From NCBI GenBank assembly GCA_035292745.1, contig DATDPM010000011.1, positions 1-49,423 of the forward strand: DNA of 49,423 bases, read 5' to 3'. This DNA is from Alphaproteobacteria bacterium. Lineage in GTDB: Bacteria; Pseudomonadota; Alphaproteobacteria; DATDPM01. Positions 27,554 through 36,942 of the stretch are shown here, piece after piece. How positions within the stretch are numbered: position 1 is the stretch's first letter; each line of letters starts with the position of its first letter. A program made the position numbers and the translations under genes. The notes beneath the pieces were generated by a model. The model was not told where the DNA came from and made no database searches. It saw only the letters and a list, made by a program, of their open reading frames with translations.

Positions 27554-28432
27554 ATGGCCAAAAACAAAGCGAAAAACAAAGATCGCAACGGCGATTCACC
27601 GACGCGCTTGCGGGCCGAGACCGGGCCGCGGGCGGCCGGAGCGACACCTTCGCGGGCCGAAAGCGGGCCGGCGCCTGCTACTACCGCCGGCAGGACGGTG
27701 ATCCAGGGGCAAATTCCCCTGTTCTACGAGCGGCCGCGTCCGCTGCACCTCACCGAACACGCCGATCTCGCGCTGAAATCGCCGCTCAACTTCGCGTTCG
27801 CCGCCACCACGGTGGCCGTGCCGGTTCTGCTGGGCGAATTCCTGGTCGCGTCCCGGGACTATCCGATCGTGTTCGGCCCGGGGGAGACGCCGGTTCCGGT
27901 CGCTTTCATGGGGGTCAGCAAAGGCGAGAACCTGTTCGTCGGTCGTGACGGAACCTGGCTCGCCGGAACCTACATTCCCGCCTATGTGCGGCGTTGCCCG
28001 TTCCTTCTTGTCGCGGCCGGCGAAACCAAGCGGCGGATTCTGTTTGTGGACGAGGCCTCGCCCAACGTCACGCGCGGCAAAGGCATCCCGCTCATCGCCG
28101 ACGGCAAGCCGACCGAGGCGGCGCAAAACGCCATCAAGTTCTGCGACGCCTACGCCTTCGACCAGGAAAAGACGCGCGAGTTTTGCGAGGCCCTGGTCGC
28201 GCAGGATCTGCTGGAAACGCGGAACATCGCACTCGCCCTTCCGGGCGGCGGCAAGATCGTGCTCAAGGACATGCGTATGATCAGCCCGAGAAAATTCGAG
28301 GAAATGTCGGACAGCAAGTACCTCGAATGGCGCAAGCGCAAATGGCTTTTCCCCGCCTTCTGCCACTTCCAGTCGGGGCTCAGCTGGCAGCATTTGGCGG
28401 AGCGGGCTGGCGCGCAGCGGGCCAAGTCCTGA
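27554..28432 (+). CDS. SapC-family protein
   Basis: PLFYERPRPLHLTEHADLAL ... EFLVASRDYPIVF ... YIPAYVRRCPFLL ... IKFCDAYAFDQEKT match the SapC family. ATG 27554 has SD GAGGAA. There is an approximately 45-aa Lys/Pro/Ala-rich N-terminal extension. Confidence 0.8.
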   Translation: MAKNKAKNKDRNGDSPTRLRAETGPRAAGATPSRAESGPAPATTAGRTVIQGQIPLFYERPRPLHLTEHADLALKSPLNFAFAATTVAVPVLLGEFLVASRDYPIVFGPGETPVPVAFMGVSKGENLFVGRDGTWLAGTYIPAYVRRCPFLLVAAGETKRRILFVDEASPNVTRGKGIPLIADGKPTEAAQNAIKFCDAYAFDQEKTREFCEALVAQDLLETRNIALALPGGGKIVLKDMRMISPRKFEEMSDSKYLEWRKRKWLFPAFCHFQSGLSWQHLAERAGAQRAKS

Positions 28433-28516
28433 TCTGCGGCCGCGTCTCGCGGCTTCCACAAAATCTTCGGGTTATGGCCACGCGGCGGGCGGCGATGCCC
28501 GCCGCGGCGCGGCCGG

Positions 28517-30199
28517 CTATTCGGTTTTGGGTTTAAGGCCCGCGAAGGTCACGAGGCCCATCTTGCCGAGCCAACCCAGGCTGCGCAGCACCAGGACCCG
28601 CTGGTGCGGCGGCATCCCTTTGAGCAACGAGCCGACCGGAAGCGGCCCTTCGGCGACGATGCGCGAGAGCATCGCCTTGATCTCCGGCCCGGGCGCCATG
28701 CGGCCGGCGGCGAATTGGTTCATTCGCGCCGACTGCATCCGGTCGAGCTCGGCTTCGCTGGCGCCGGGCAGCGCGGCGACCTCGATCTCGGGGCCGATCG
28801 CCAGGCTCGGGTAGCTCGCGAAGACCGCGAACGGATCCTCGCGCAGCGGATAGCCCGGGGCGTCGGCCGCCCGCGGCGCGATCTCCGCGTCCTTCTCGCG
28901 CCGCCGGGCGAGATCGTCCCACAGCGCCTGATAGGCGGCGACGATCACCCGCCAATCGTATTTTGTCCGGGCGCGCGTCCGCCCCGCCTCGCCCATGCGG
29001 CGGCGCAGCGCCGCGTCGCCGACAAGCGCGGTGAAGGCCGCGGCCGCGGCGCCCACGTCCACGCCGACGCACTGGCTGGTATGGCCGATGTAATGGTCGT
29101 AATCGTCGAGACCGCTCACCCAGCGATCGGCGAGTTCCGCGCCGGCCCCCGGCGGCGGCATGAAACTCGGGACCAGAATGCCCTCGGCACCGTCGCGCAC
29201 GTTATCCCGGTATCCGTTCCAATCGCTCACGACCACCGGCAGGCCCGCCGCCATCGCCTCGACCGGCGTCAAACCGAAGGTTTCCTGGATGTTGTCGGAC
29301 AGCGACGCGAAGATATCGGCGGCGAACCAGATGTACTTGCGGATTTCCGGATCGCGCCCATCCAGGAACACGGCCTTCACGCTGGGGCAAAAGACTTTCG
29401 CGCCGTGGACGAAGCCGTGCTTGATGGAATCGTTGGCGAACCATCCCGCCTGGATCAGGTGAATGCGCTTGCCGGTGCGCTTTGCCGCCTGCTCGAGGCC
29501 GAGGTACATGGGCAAGGGGTGGGCCTTGGCGTGATAGCTGAGCCGCCCCATGAACAGAACGGCGACATCGTCCTTGGCGATGGAGAGCCGCTTGCGCAGC
29601 TCGTTGCGCGCCTCGTCCGTCTTGGGGGAAGGGGCGAAATCGTCGCATTCGACGCCGAGCGGAATGACGGGAAGCTGGACAGGCGTCCGCGCGTTCCCGC
29701 CGAACTTCTCGTCGAGATAGGCGCCCCAGCGGGCATGAACGTGCTCGATGGTCGCCTTGACCGCCGTCGAAGTGCAGATGACCGCGTCCCACGGCTGGAA
29801 AGGCGCGACCAGCATGTTGCCGAGCCCGTCCATCACGCCTTCGCTGGCGGTGGTGTGCGTGATGCCGCACAGGCTGTGCGATCTGGCCGAACCGTGCCGG
29901 CGCTGCCAGGCGAGCTCGCCCAGAGTGGGGGCCGGGTAAAAAAGGCATCCGGCTTGCCGGAGACCCTCGCCGTCGCCGGGCGCGATCCACCGGCACGGCC
30001 GCGGTTTGCCGGCGAACGCCGCGACCCGGCTCTCGAAATGCGCGAACTCCTTCTCGGTCCTGGTGTAGCAGAGGAGCGCATCGGCCGCGGCATGGCGGGC
30101 GTAGCCGCGCAGGAACCCCTCGCCCGCGGCGTGCCGCCCCATCAATTTGGGGCGGGAGGTGTCGAAGGCCTCGACCGTATAGTGAAGCGCGGCGTTCAT
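28517..30199 (-). CDS. GT-B (GT4-like) glycosyltransferase with an approximately 150-aa C-terminal extension
   Basis: MGRLSYHAKAHP ... NIQETFGLTPVEAMAAGLPVVVSDWNGYRD is a GT4-type sugar-donor domain. Confidence 0.8.
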   Translation of the reverse strand: MNAALHYTVEAFDTSRPKLMGRHAAGEGFLRGYARHAAADALLCYTRTEKEFAHFESRVAAFAGKPRPCRWIAPGDGEGLRQAGCLFYPAPTLGELAWQRRHGSARSHSLCGITHTTASEGVMDGLGNMLVAPFQPWDAVICTSTAVKATIEHVHARWGAYLDEKFGGNARTPVQLPVIPLGVECDDFAPSPKTDEARNELRKRLSIAKDDVAVLFMGRLSYHAKAHPLPMYLGLEQAAKRTGKRIHLIQAGWFANDSIKHGFVHGAKVFCPSVKAVFLDGRDPEIRKYIWFAADIFASLSDNIQETFGLTPVEAMAAGLPVVVSDWNGYRDNVRDGAEGILVPSFMPPPGAGAELADRWVSGLDDYDHYIGHTSQCVGVDVGAAAAAFTALVGDAALRRRMGEAGRTRARTKYDWRVIVAAYQALWDDLARRREKDAEIAPRAADAPGYPLREDPFAVFASYPSLAIGPEIEVAALPGASEAELDRMQSARMNQFAAGRMAPGPEIKAMLSRIVAEGPLPVGSLLKGMPPHQRVLVLRSLGWLGKMGLVTFAGLKPKTE

Positions 30200-30378
30200 G
30201 ACAATTCTGGGGAAAGCGGGCGATCCGGAAAAGCTTGACGATTATTTCGTTCCCGCCGGGTAAACGTCAATAAATCTTCAATCGTTGACCGGAATATTAG
30301 GAGCCTCCAATATCCGGGTTGCATCGGGCGGCTTGGGGCTGGCGCCCGCGGGCGCAGGGGAACCGGAATCGGCGCGAC

Positions 30379-31629
30379 ATGAAGATCGTTTTCATGCACC
30401 AAAACTTTCCCGGCCAGTACAAGCATCTGGCGCGGATGTTCGGCGCCGATGGCCGGAACGAGGTCTATTTTATCACCAAGCCCAAGGCGATCGACATTCC
30501 GGGCGTCAAGAAGCTCACCTATAAGCTGCACCGCGAGGCGCAGAAAACCACCCATCATTATATCACGCCGCTCGAAAGCGCGGTGCTGTTCGGCCAGGCG
30601 GCCGCGCGCGCGCTCGTCGGATTGAAAAAGACCGGATTCACGCCCGATGTCATCTGCGCCCATCCCGGCTGGGGCGAATCGCTCTATGTCAAAGACGTGT
30701 ACCCGTCGGTGCCGCTGCTCAATTACTTCGAATTCTATTACCGGTCGAGCGGGTCGGACGTCGGCTTCGATCCCGAGATCGAAGTCTCGCTCAATGATAA
30801 CTGCCGCATCCGCACCAAGAACACGAACAATCTGCTGAGCCTGGAGGGCTGCGATGCGGGCGTGAGCCCGACGCGCTGGCAGCGCAAGCAGTTCCCGAAG
30901 GAATTCCTTTACAAGATCTCCCTCATCCACGACGGCATCGACACCGAGGCCACCGCTCCCGACAAGGAAGCGCGGCTCGATCTGCCGAACGGCAAAGTGC
31001 TCACCCGCAATGACGAGGTCGTGACCTACGTCGCGCGCAACTTGGAACCCTATCGCGGCTTCCCCGTCTTCATGCGCGCGGTGGAAGAGATCTGCCGCCG
31101 CCGTCCCCACGCCCAGATCGTCATCGTCGGCGGCGACGGGGTCAGCTATGGGCGCCGGCTTCCCAAGGGCGAAACCTATCGCGCCAAGGCGCTGTCCGAG
31201 GTGAAGATCGACGCGGCCCGCGTCCATTTTCTCGGCTATATCCCCTATGAGCGATACCTCAAGGTCCTGAAGGTCTCCTCCGCCCATGTCTATCTCACCT
31301 ATCCCTTCGTTCTGTCCTGGTCGATGCTGGAGGCGATGTCGGCGGGCTGCCTCATCGTCGGCTCGGACACGCCACCCGTGACCGAAGTGCTGGCGGAGGG
31401 CAAGAACGGGTTGCTGGTGGATTTTTTCTCGCCCAAGCAGATCGCCGATCGCGTGGACGAGGTGCTGGATCACAAGGACCGCTTCGCCATCCTCCGGCGG
31501 CATGCGCGGGAGACGATCCTGGAGCGCTACGAGCTCAATAACTGCTTGAAAAAACACGTAAAACTGATCAAGTCGCTGGCCGACGGCAAGCTGCCAACCA
31601 TGGCCAAGACGATCAAGATTCCGGCTTAA
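30379..31629 (+). CDS. GT4-family glycosyltransferase
   Basis: MKIVFMHQNFPGQYKHLA ... YVARNLEPYRGF ... PFVLSWSMLEAMSAGCLIVGSDTPPVTEV. Start at MKIVF (30379). Confidence 0.82.
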   Translation: MKIVFMHQNFPGQYKHLARMFGADGRNEVYFITKPKAIDIPGVKKLTYKLHREAQKTTHHYITPLESAVLFGQAAARALVGLKKTGFTPDVICAHPGWGESLYVKDVYPSVPLLNYFEFYYRSSGSDVGFDPEIEVSLNDNCRIRTKNTNNLLSLEGCDAGVSPTRWQRKQFPKEFLYKISLIHDGIDTEATAPDKEARLDLPNGKVLTRNDEVVTYVARNLEPYRGFPVFMRAVEEICRRRPHAQIVIVGGDGVSYGRRLPKGETYRAKALSEVKIDAARVHFLGYIPYERYLKVLKVSSAHVYLTYPFVLSWSMLEAMSAGCLIVGSDTPPVTEVLAEGKNGLLVDFFSPKQIADRVDEVLDHKDRFAILRRHARETILERYELNNCLKKHVKLIKSLADGKLPTMAKTIKIPA

Positions 31630-31632
31630 CGC

Positions 31633-32514
31633 TCACTCGGCGAGGCACAGCGCAAGCTGATCCCGCCAATCCGGCAGCGTCACCTCGAAAACGCGCGCGA
31701 GTTTTCCCGAATCGAGCGCCGAATAAGCGGGCCGCTTCGCCGGGCGCGGGAACTCGGCGGATGTGACGGCGCGCACGGGAATCTGCTTTCCGCCCGCCGC
31801 GACGATCGCTTGCGCAAATCCGTGCCAGCTCGTCTCGCCCGCCGCCGCCATGTGATACAGCCCGCCGCAGCCGGACAACGGATCGCCCGCGCCATTGCGC
31901 CAGCAGCGCCCGAGGACGGCCGCGGTTGCCTCGGCCACCATGCGCGCCCAGGTCGGCGCCCCGATCTGGTCGGAAACGACGCGAAGCTCGTCTTGTTCCA
32001 TTGCCAGGCGCTGGACGGTGCGCAGGAAATTCCGCCGGCGCCGCGCGTAGATCCAGCTCGTGCGAAAAATCAGATGGGGCGCGTCTGATTTCGCGATCCT
32101 CTCGTCGCCCGCGAGCTTGCTGCGGCCGTAGGCATTGATGGGCGCGGGCCCATCGTCTTCGCGATAAGGCCGGGTTGCCGCTCCATCGAATACATAGTCG
32201 GTCGAATAGTGAACGAGCGGCACGCGCGTCCGCGCCGCCGCTTCCGCGAGAAGCCCGGGCGCTTCCCCGTTCACCGCCATCGCCAGATGCCGGCCTTCGT
32301 TTGCTTCCGCCCCGTCCACGTCGGTAAAGGCCGCGGCATTGACGATGAGCTTCGGCTTGAGCGAATTCACGATGCGCGCGATGGCTGTCTTGTCGCAAAG
32401 GTCGAGGTCGGCATGCGTCGGCGCGGCGATGGACCCCAGCGGCGCGAGGCTTCGGCGAAGCTCGAAGCCGATCTGTCCGCCTGCCCCCAGAAGGAGTATG
32501 GGCCCGCCCGTCAT
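31633..32514 (-). CDS. rfbD: dTDP-4-dehydrorhamnose reductase
   Basis: ILLLGAGGQIG, STDYVFDG and YGRSKLAGD. ATGA overlap with the rfbC stop. Confidence 0.9.
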   Translation of the reverse strand: MTGGPILLLGAGGQIGFELRRSLAPLGSIAAPTHADLDLCDKTAIARIVNSLKPKLIVNAAAFTDVDGAEANEGRHLAMAVNGEAPGLLAEAAARTRVPLVHYSTDYVFDGAATRPYREDDGPAPINAYGRSKLAGDERIAKSDAPHLIFRTSWIYARRRRNFLRTVQRLAMEQDELRVVSDQIGAPTWARMVAEATAAVLGRCWRNGAGDPLSGCGGLYHMAAAGETSWHGFAQAIVAAGGKQIPVRAVTSAEFPRPAKRPAYSALDSGKLARVFEVTLPDWRDQLALCLAE

Positions 32515-33074
32515 CTGGGTTTCTCGAAACGCGGCAAACGCGCGCGATCGATATCGGCAAGCCGCGGCGCGGTGGCATCCTTCTTCGACAGCACCGGCGC
32601 GGCTAGCGGCCATTCGATGCCGATGTCGGGGTCATTCCACATGACGGAAAGTTCGCTTCCCGGGTCATAGAGCGCGTCGCATTTATAGGCGACGCGCGCG
32701 GTCTGGGAGAGCACGCAAAAACCGTGGGCGAATCCCCGCGGGATATAAAGCTGCCGGCCGCTGTCCGCCGAAAGCCGCGCTCCCGTCCAGCGTCCGAAGC
32801 TGGGTGAACCCGCTCTCACATCGACGGCCACGTCGAAGATCTCGCCTTCCAAGGCGAACACCAGCTTGGCCTGGCCGTTCGGATTCTGGAAATGGAGGCC
32901 GCGCAGCACCCCCGCATGCGAGAACGAAACGTTATCCTGCACGAAAGGCCCGGGAATCCCGGCGGCGGCATATCCGTCGGCGCGGAAAGTCTCAAGGAAA
33001 TATCCCCGGGCATCGCGGAATACCTCGGGCTCGATCAGCAGCAGGCCGGGAAGGCCGGTCGTCTCGACCTTCAC
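32511..33074 (-). CDS. rfbC: dTDP-4-dehydrorhamnose 3,5-epimerase
   Basis: FRDARGYF, LRGLHFQ and IPRGFAHGF. Confidence 0.93.
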   Translation of the reverse strand: MKVETTGLPGLLLIEPEVFRDARGYFLETFRADGYAAAGIPGPFVQDNVSFSHAGVLRGLHFQNPNGQAKLVFALEGEIFDVAVDVRAGSPSFGRWTGARLSADSGRQLYIPRGFAHGFCVLSQTARVAYKCDALYDPGSELSVMWNDPDIGIEWPLAAPVLSKKDATAPRLADIDRARLPRFEKPR

Positions 33075-33098
33075 GACGCTTCGCCCCTCGTCGCCGGC

Positions 33099-34001
33099 TC
33101 AGCCATGGCGCAGCACGTCGAGCAGGTACTGGCCGTAGCCCGAGGCCTTGAGCGGTTCCGCCAGGCGCCGCAGCTGCTCGGCGTCGATGAAGCCCATGCG
33201 CCAGGCAATCTCTTCCGGGCAGGCGATGCGCAGGCCCTGGCGCGCCTCGACCATGCCGATGAAGTTGGTGGCCTGAAGCAACGCCTCGTGGGTTCCCGTG
33301 TCCAGCCACGCGGAGCCGCGGCCCAGCAGCTCGACGTCGAGCGCGCCGCGCTCCAGATAAACGCGGTTGACGTCGGTGATCTCGAGCTCGCCGCGCGCCG
33401 AGGGCTTGAGACTTTTCGCGATTGCCGTCACCTCGCCGTCGTAGAAGTAAAGCCCGGTCACGGCGTAGTTCGATTTCGGCTGCTTCGGCTTTTCCTCGAT
33501 GGAAATCGCCCGGCCCTTCGCGTCGAACGAAACCACGCCGTAACGCTCCGGGTCGCGCACGAAATAGGCGAAGATCGTGGCGCCGGCGACCTGCGCGGCG
33601 GCCTGCTGAAGCCGCTGCGCCAGCCCGTGGCCGAAGAAGATGTTGTCTCCGAGAACGAGGCATACCGCCTCGCCGTTGGTGAATTTCTCGGCAATCACGA
33701 AGGCATGGGCGATGCCTTCCGGCTTTTCCTGCACGCCGTAGGAAATCGACAGCCCCCATTGCGCGCCGTCGCCCAGAAGCGCGCGGAACAGAGGCTGGTC
33801 GTGCGGCGTCGTGATGACGAAAACGTCGCGAATGCCGGCCAGCATCAGCGTGGTGAGCGGATAATAAATCATCGGCTTGTCGAAGACCGGAAGCAGCTGC
33901 TTGCTCACCGCCTTGGTGATGGGATAGAGGCGCGTTCCCGATCCGGCCGCGAGGATGATCCCTTTGCGGCATTTTGCCGCCTGTTTCGCCGGCGCCGTCA
34001 T
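33099..34001 (-). CDS. rfbA: Glucose-1-phosphate thymidylyltransferase
   Basis: [32 protein letters not shown] and VSFD...EEKP. Start at MTAPAKQ (34001). The longer listed ORF is an out-of-context extension. Confidence 0.92.
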   Translation of the reverse strand: MTAPAKQAAKCRKGIILAAGSGTRLYPITKAVSKQLLPVFDKPMIYYPLTTLMLAGIRDVFVITTPHDQPLFRALLGDGAQWGLSISYGVQEKPEGIAHAFVIAEKFTNGEAVCLVLGDNIFFGHGLAQRLQQAAAQVAGATIFAYFVRDPERYGVVSFDAKGRAISIEEKPKQPKSNYAVTGLYFYDGEVTAIAKSLKPSARGELEITDVNRVYLERGALDVELLGRGSAWLDTGTHEALLQATNFIGMVEARQGLRIACPEEIAWRMGFIDAEQLRRLAEPLKASGYGQYLLDVLRHG

Positions 34002-34026
34002 CGGTTCCCCCTTGTTGCGATCCCCA

Positions 34027-35094
34027 TCACTGCCGCCTGGCCGCTGCAAGGCCAAGCCGTGCATCCGAGCCCGAGCGCGCGATTTCCCGTTCGGCCCAAT
34101 CGCGATTGCCGATGTACCAGGCAACCGTCTCGCGCAGCGCCGCGTCGAAACCGTGGCGCGGCTTCCATTCGAGCTCGCGGGCGATCTTCGCGGCGTCGAT
34201 CGCGTAGCGCAGGTCATGGCCCGGCCGGTCGGCGACGAAGGTGATGAGATGCGCATGCGGCACATGCGGCGAATCGGGAACCATGTCGTCCAAGAGCGCG
34301 CAGATCGCCCGCACCACGTCGATATTGGTCCGCTCGTTGTGTGCGCCGATGTTGTAGGTCTCTCCCGGCTTGCCTTCGGCGAGCACGAGGCGCAACGCTT
34401 CCGCGTGGTCTTCGACGTAAAGCCAGTCGCGCACATTCGCGCCCTTCCCGTAGACGGGAAGCGGCTCGCCGCGTAGCGCCTTCAGGGTTACCAGCGGAAT
34501 CAGCTTTTCGGGATGCTGATAGGGCCCGAAATTGTTCGAGCAGTTGGTGACAAGCACCGGCAATCCATAGGTGGCAAACCAGGCGCGGGCCAGATGATCG
34601 GCCGCCGCCTTGCTCGCGGAATAGGGCGAGCTGGGTTGATAGGGCGTAGTCTCGGTGAAATGTCCCTGCGGGCCAAGGCTGCCGAAAACCTCGTCGGTCG
34701 AAACGTGATGGAAGCGGAAGCGCCCGCGCGCCGCCGCGTCCAACCCGTTCCAATGCTCGAGCGCGGCTTCGAGCATCACATAGGTGCCGATGATGTTGGT
34801 CTCGATGAAGGCGCTGGGGGCGTCGATCGAGCGATCGACGTGGGATTCGGCGGCCAGGTGCAGCACCGCATCCGGCCGGTGCCGGGCGAATGCCGCGCGC
34901 ACCGCGGGCATGTCGCAAATATCAATCTTTTCAAAGTGATAGCGCGGGTCCCCCGCCGCTTGGGCCAAGGCCTCGGGGCTGCTCGCATAGGTCAGCTTGT
35001 CGAGATTGACGACCGCGTCCTGGCCCTCGCGGATGAGTTGCCGGACCACCGCCGAGCCGATGAACCCGGCTCCCCCCGTCACCAGAACCTTCAC
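34027..35094 (-). CDS. rfbB: dTDP-glucose 4,6-dehydratase
   Basis: [21 protein letters not shown] and [10 protein letters not shown]. Confidence 0.93.
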   Translation of the reverse strand: MKVLVTGGAGFIGSAVVRQLIREGQDAVVNLDKLTYASSPEALAQAAGDPRYHFEKIDICDMPAVRAAFARHRPDAVLHLAAESHVDRSIDAPSAFIETNIIGTYVMLEAALEHWNGLDAAARGRFRFHHVSTDEVFGSLGPQGHFTETTPYQPSSPYSASKAAADHLARAWFATYGLPVLVTNCSNNFGPYQHPEKLIPLVTLKALRGEPLPVYGKGANVRDWLYVEDHAEALRLVLAEGKPGETYNIGAHNERTNIDVVRAICALLDDMVPDSPHVPHAHLITFVADRPGHDLRYAIDAAKIARELEWKPRHGFDAALRETVAWYIGNRDWAEREIARSGSDARLGLAAARRQ

Positions 35095-35254
35095 CGCGCC
35101 ATCCTCTTTCCGCCATACGGCCGGTGTGCCGCAGATGTTCTAGAGTCCTTTGCCCTGCGGCGAAAGCCCAAATCATTGCGGCCCGGCATTCGCGCGGCCC
35201 CCGGGCCCGCGAGGGGGCGACATTCGCCCGTCCTCCCTCTATAATTTGCCGCCC

Positions 35255-36382
35255 ATGATTCAAGCGTTGCAACACAAGACAACGCCCCACCGACGCCGCA
35301 TCGCGGCCGGACTCGTGGCGGCGCTCGCGGTTCTCGCCGCGCCCATGGCCGCGCGCGCCGAAGGCGCCGCGCCGCGCCTCGAACTGCCGATCGATTGCGT
35401 GCCCGGCCAGTCCTGCTGGATCTCGAAATTCGTCGATCTCGACCCCGGGCCGGGTGTCCGCGACTACATGTGTTACGGGCGCGCCAACGACAAGCACAGC
35501 GGCATCGATATCGCGGTTCGCGATCTGCGCGCGATGGACGAGGGCGTTTCGGTTCTGGCCGCCGCGCCGGGAACGGTGTTGCGCACCCGCGACGGAGTGC
35601 AGGACATCAGCGCCCGCGACGTCAGCCCCGAGATGATCAGCCGCGGGGAATGCGGCAACGGCGTCATCGTCGATCATGGCGACGGCTGGAGCACGCAATA
35701 CTGCCACATGCACCAGGGCTCGATTGCGGTCAAGCCGGGCGATCACGTCGTGACCGGACAGAAGCTGGGTTTGGTCGGCATGTCCGGCAGCAGCGAATAT
35801 CCGCATCTCCACCTCACCGTTCGCCACGATAACGAAATCGTGGATGCTTTCGTCGGGCTCGAGGATCGGTCCCCGCCCACGGCCAAATGCGGCCTCGGCG
35901 CGGCCCCGCTGTGGAGCGATAAGGCGCTTGCCGAGCTCGCCTTTACGCCCGCCGCCATCGCCAATGTCGGCTTCGCGGCGGTCGAGCCGAAGCGGCCGGA
36001 TGTCCCGCTCAAGGAGGCGGGGCTTAATTTCAGCGAGGATGACGTTCGCAAGGGCCGCTATCGGAGCACCGATTTTCCCGATACTGCGCCGGTCCTGGTC
36101 TTTTGGGGCGAAATCTTCGGAGTCGAGGCGGGCGACGTTCTCCACTGGCGGCTCGTGGCGCCGAACGGCAAGGTTGCAATCGACCACCAAAGCCAGATCG
36201 CGAAGCGTCAGGCCCGTCACTTCGAATATGTCGCCGTGAGGCGTCCTCGTCCGGGCTGGCCCGAGGGAACCTATCGCGGCGAGATCACGGTGACCCGGAC
36301 CGGCAACGGGAAAACCCTGACGAGCGCGCGCGCCGTCGAGGCGCATATCGGCGGTTTCCCGGCCGAGCCATCCGGGAAATGA
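35255..36382 (+). CDS. Secreted M23-family metallopeptidase
   Basis: Signal peptide AAPMAARA. HSGIDIA, DHGDGWSTQYCHM and EYPHLHLTV. Confidence 0.85.
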   Translation: MIQALQHKTTPHRRRIAAGLVAALAVLAAPMAARAEGAAPRLELPIDCVPGQSCWISKFVDLDPGPGVRDYMCYGRANDKHSGIDIAVRDLRAMDEGVSVLAAAPGTVLRTRDGVQDISARDVSPEMISRGECGNGVIVDHGDGWSTQYCHMHQGSIAVKPGDHVVTGQKLGLVGMSGSSEYPHLHLTVRHDNEIVDAFVGLEDRSPPTAKCGLGAAPLWSDKALAELAFTPAAIANVGFAAVEPKRPDVPLKEAGLNFSEDDVRKGRYRSTDFPDTAPVLVFWGEIFGVEAGDVLHWRLVAPNGKVAIDHQSQIAKRQARHFEYVAVRRPRPGWPEGTYRGEITVTRTGNGKTLTSARAVEAHIGGFPAEPSGK

Positions 36383-36942
36383 CGCGCATGACGCCGCTTC
36401 GCCCGCTCCTGGGCGCAACCGGCGCGCTGCTCGCGCTGCTTCCGCTGAATGCGGCGGCCGTCACCTATATTCTCTACTACCACACCTTCGGCGATTGGGC
36501 GGTGGTGTGCTGGCGCGGCATGGTGGAGGGGGAGAAATCCTGCTTCATCGACGGCCCGCCGATCCAGTTCAACTCCGACCCCTTCACCAGCGAGGTCCGC
36601 ATCGAGCCGGCGGGCGACGCGGTCCAGCTCACGGTCTCGGCGCGCAGCGGAACGCGCACCGGCGCCAAGGTGCGCCTGGTCGTGGACGGCAAAACCCTGC
36701 AGGAAGGCCACTCCGACCGCATCGATCACGTGAATTTCGCCGGAACGGACGCCGCCGCCCTGATCGAGGCGTTCCGAAACGGCAAGGTGCTCCTGGTCGA
36801 GCTTCCCGATCTCAAACGTAATCTGAAGCTTTCCCTCATCGGCTTCGACGACGCCTACACCGCCTTCGAGGAAAATCTCGATCGCTTCGCGCCGGCGGCA
36901 CGGACGCCTGTTCCCGAACCCCCAACCACTTCCGGACAATGA
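36379..36942 (+). CDS. IalB-like (invasion-associated locus B family) periplasmic protein
   Basis: Signal peptide. FGDWAVVCW ... SCF ... LKLSLIGFDDAYTAF pattern. ATGA overlaps with both neighbouring genes. Confidence 0.65.
   Translation: MTRMTPLRPLLGATGALLALLPLNAAAVTYILYYHTFGDWAVVCWRGMVEGEKSCFIDGPPIQFNSDPFTSEVRIEPAGDAVQLTVSARSGTRTGAKVRLVVDGKTLQEGHSDRIDHVNFAGTDAAALIEAFRNGKVLLVELPDLKRNLKLSLIGFDDAYTAFEENLDRFAPAARTPVPEPPTTSGQ

Noticed and set aside
28604-31557. ORFs 28604..30238 (+, 544 aa) and 30196..31557 (-, 453 aa)
   Set aside because: These are antisense of the two glycosyltransferase genes, with shadow-ORF composition.
31613-36418. ORFs 31613..32578 (-), 32892..34244 (+, 450 aa), 32992..33972 (-), 34214..34918 (-), 34513..35244 (+) and 34931..36418 (-, 495 aa)
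   Set aside because: These overlap the motif-rich rfbD/C/A/B and M23 genes in other frames and have Arg/Gly/Ala-rich translations.
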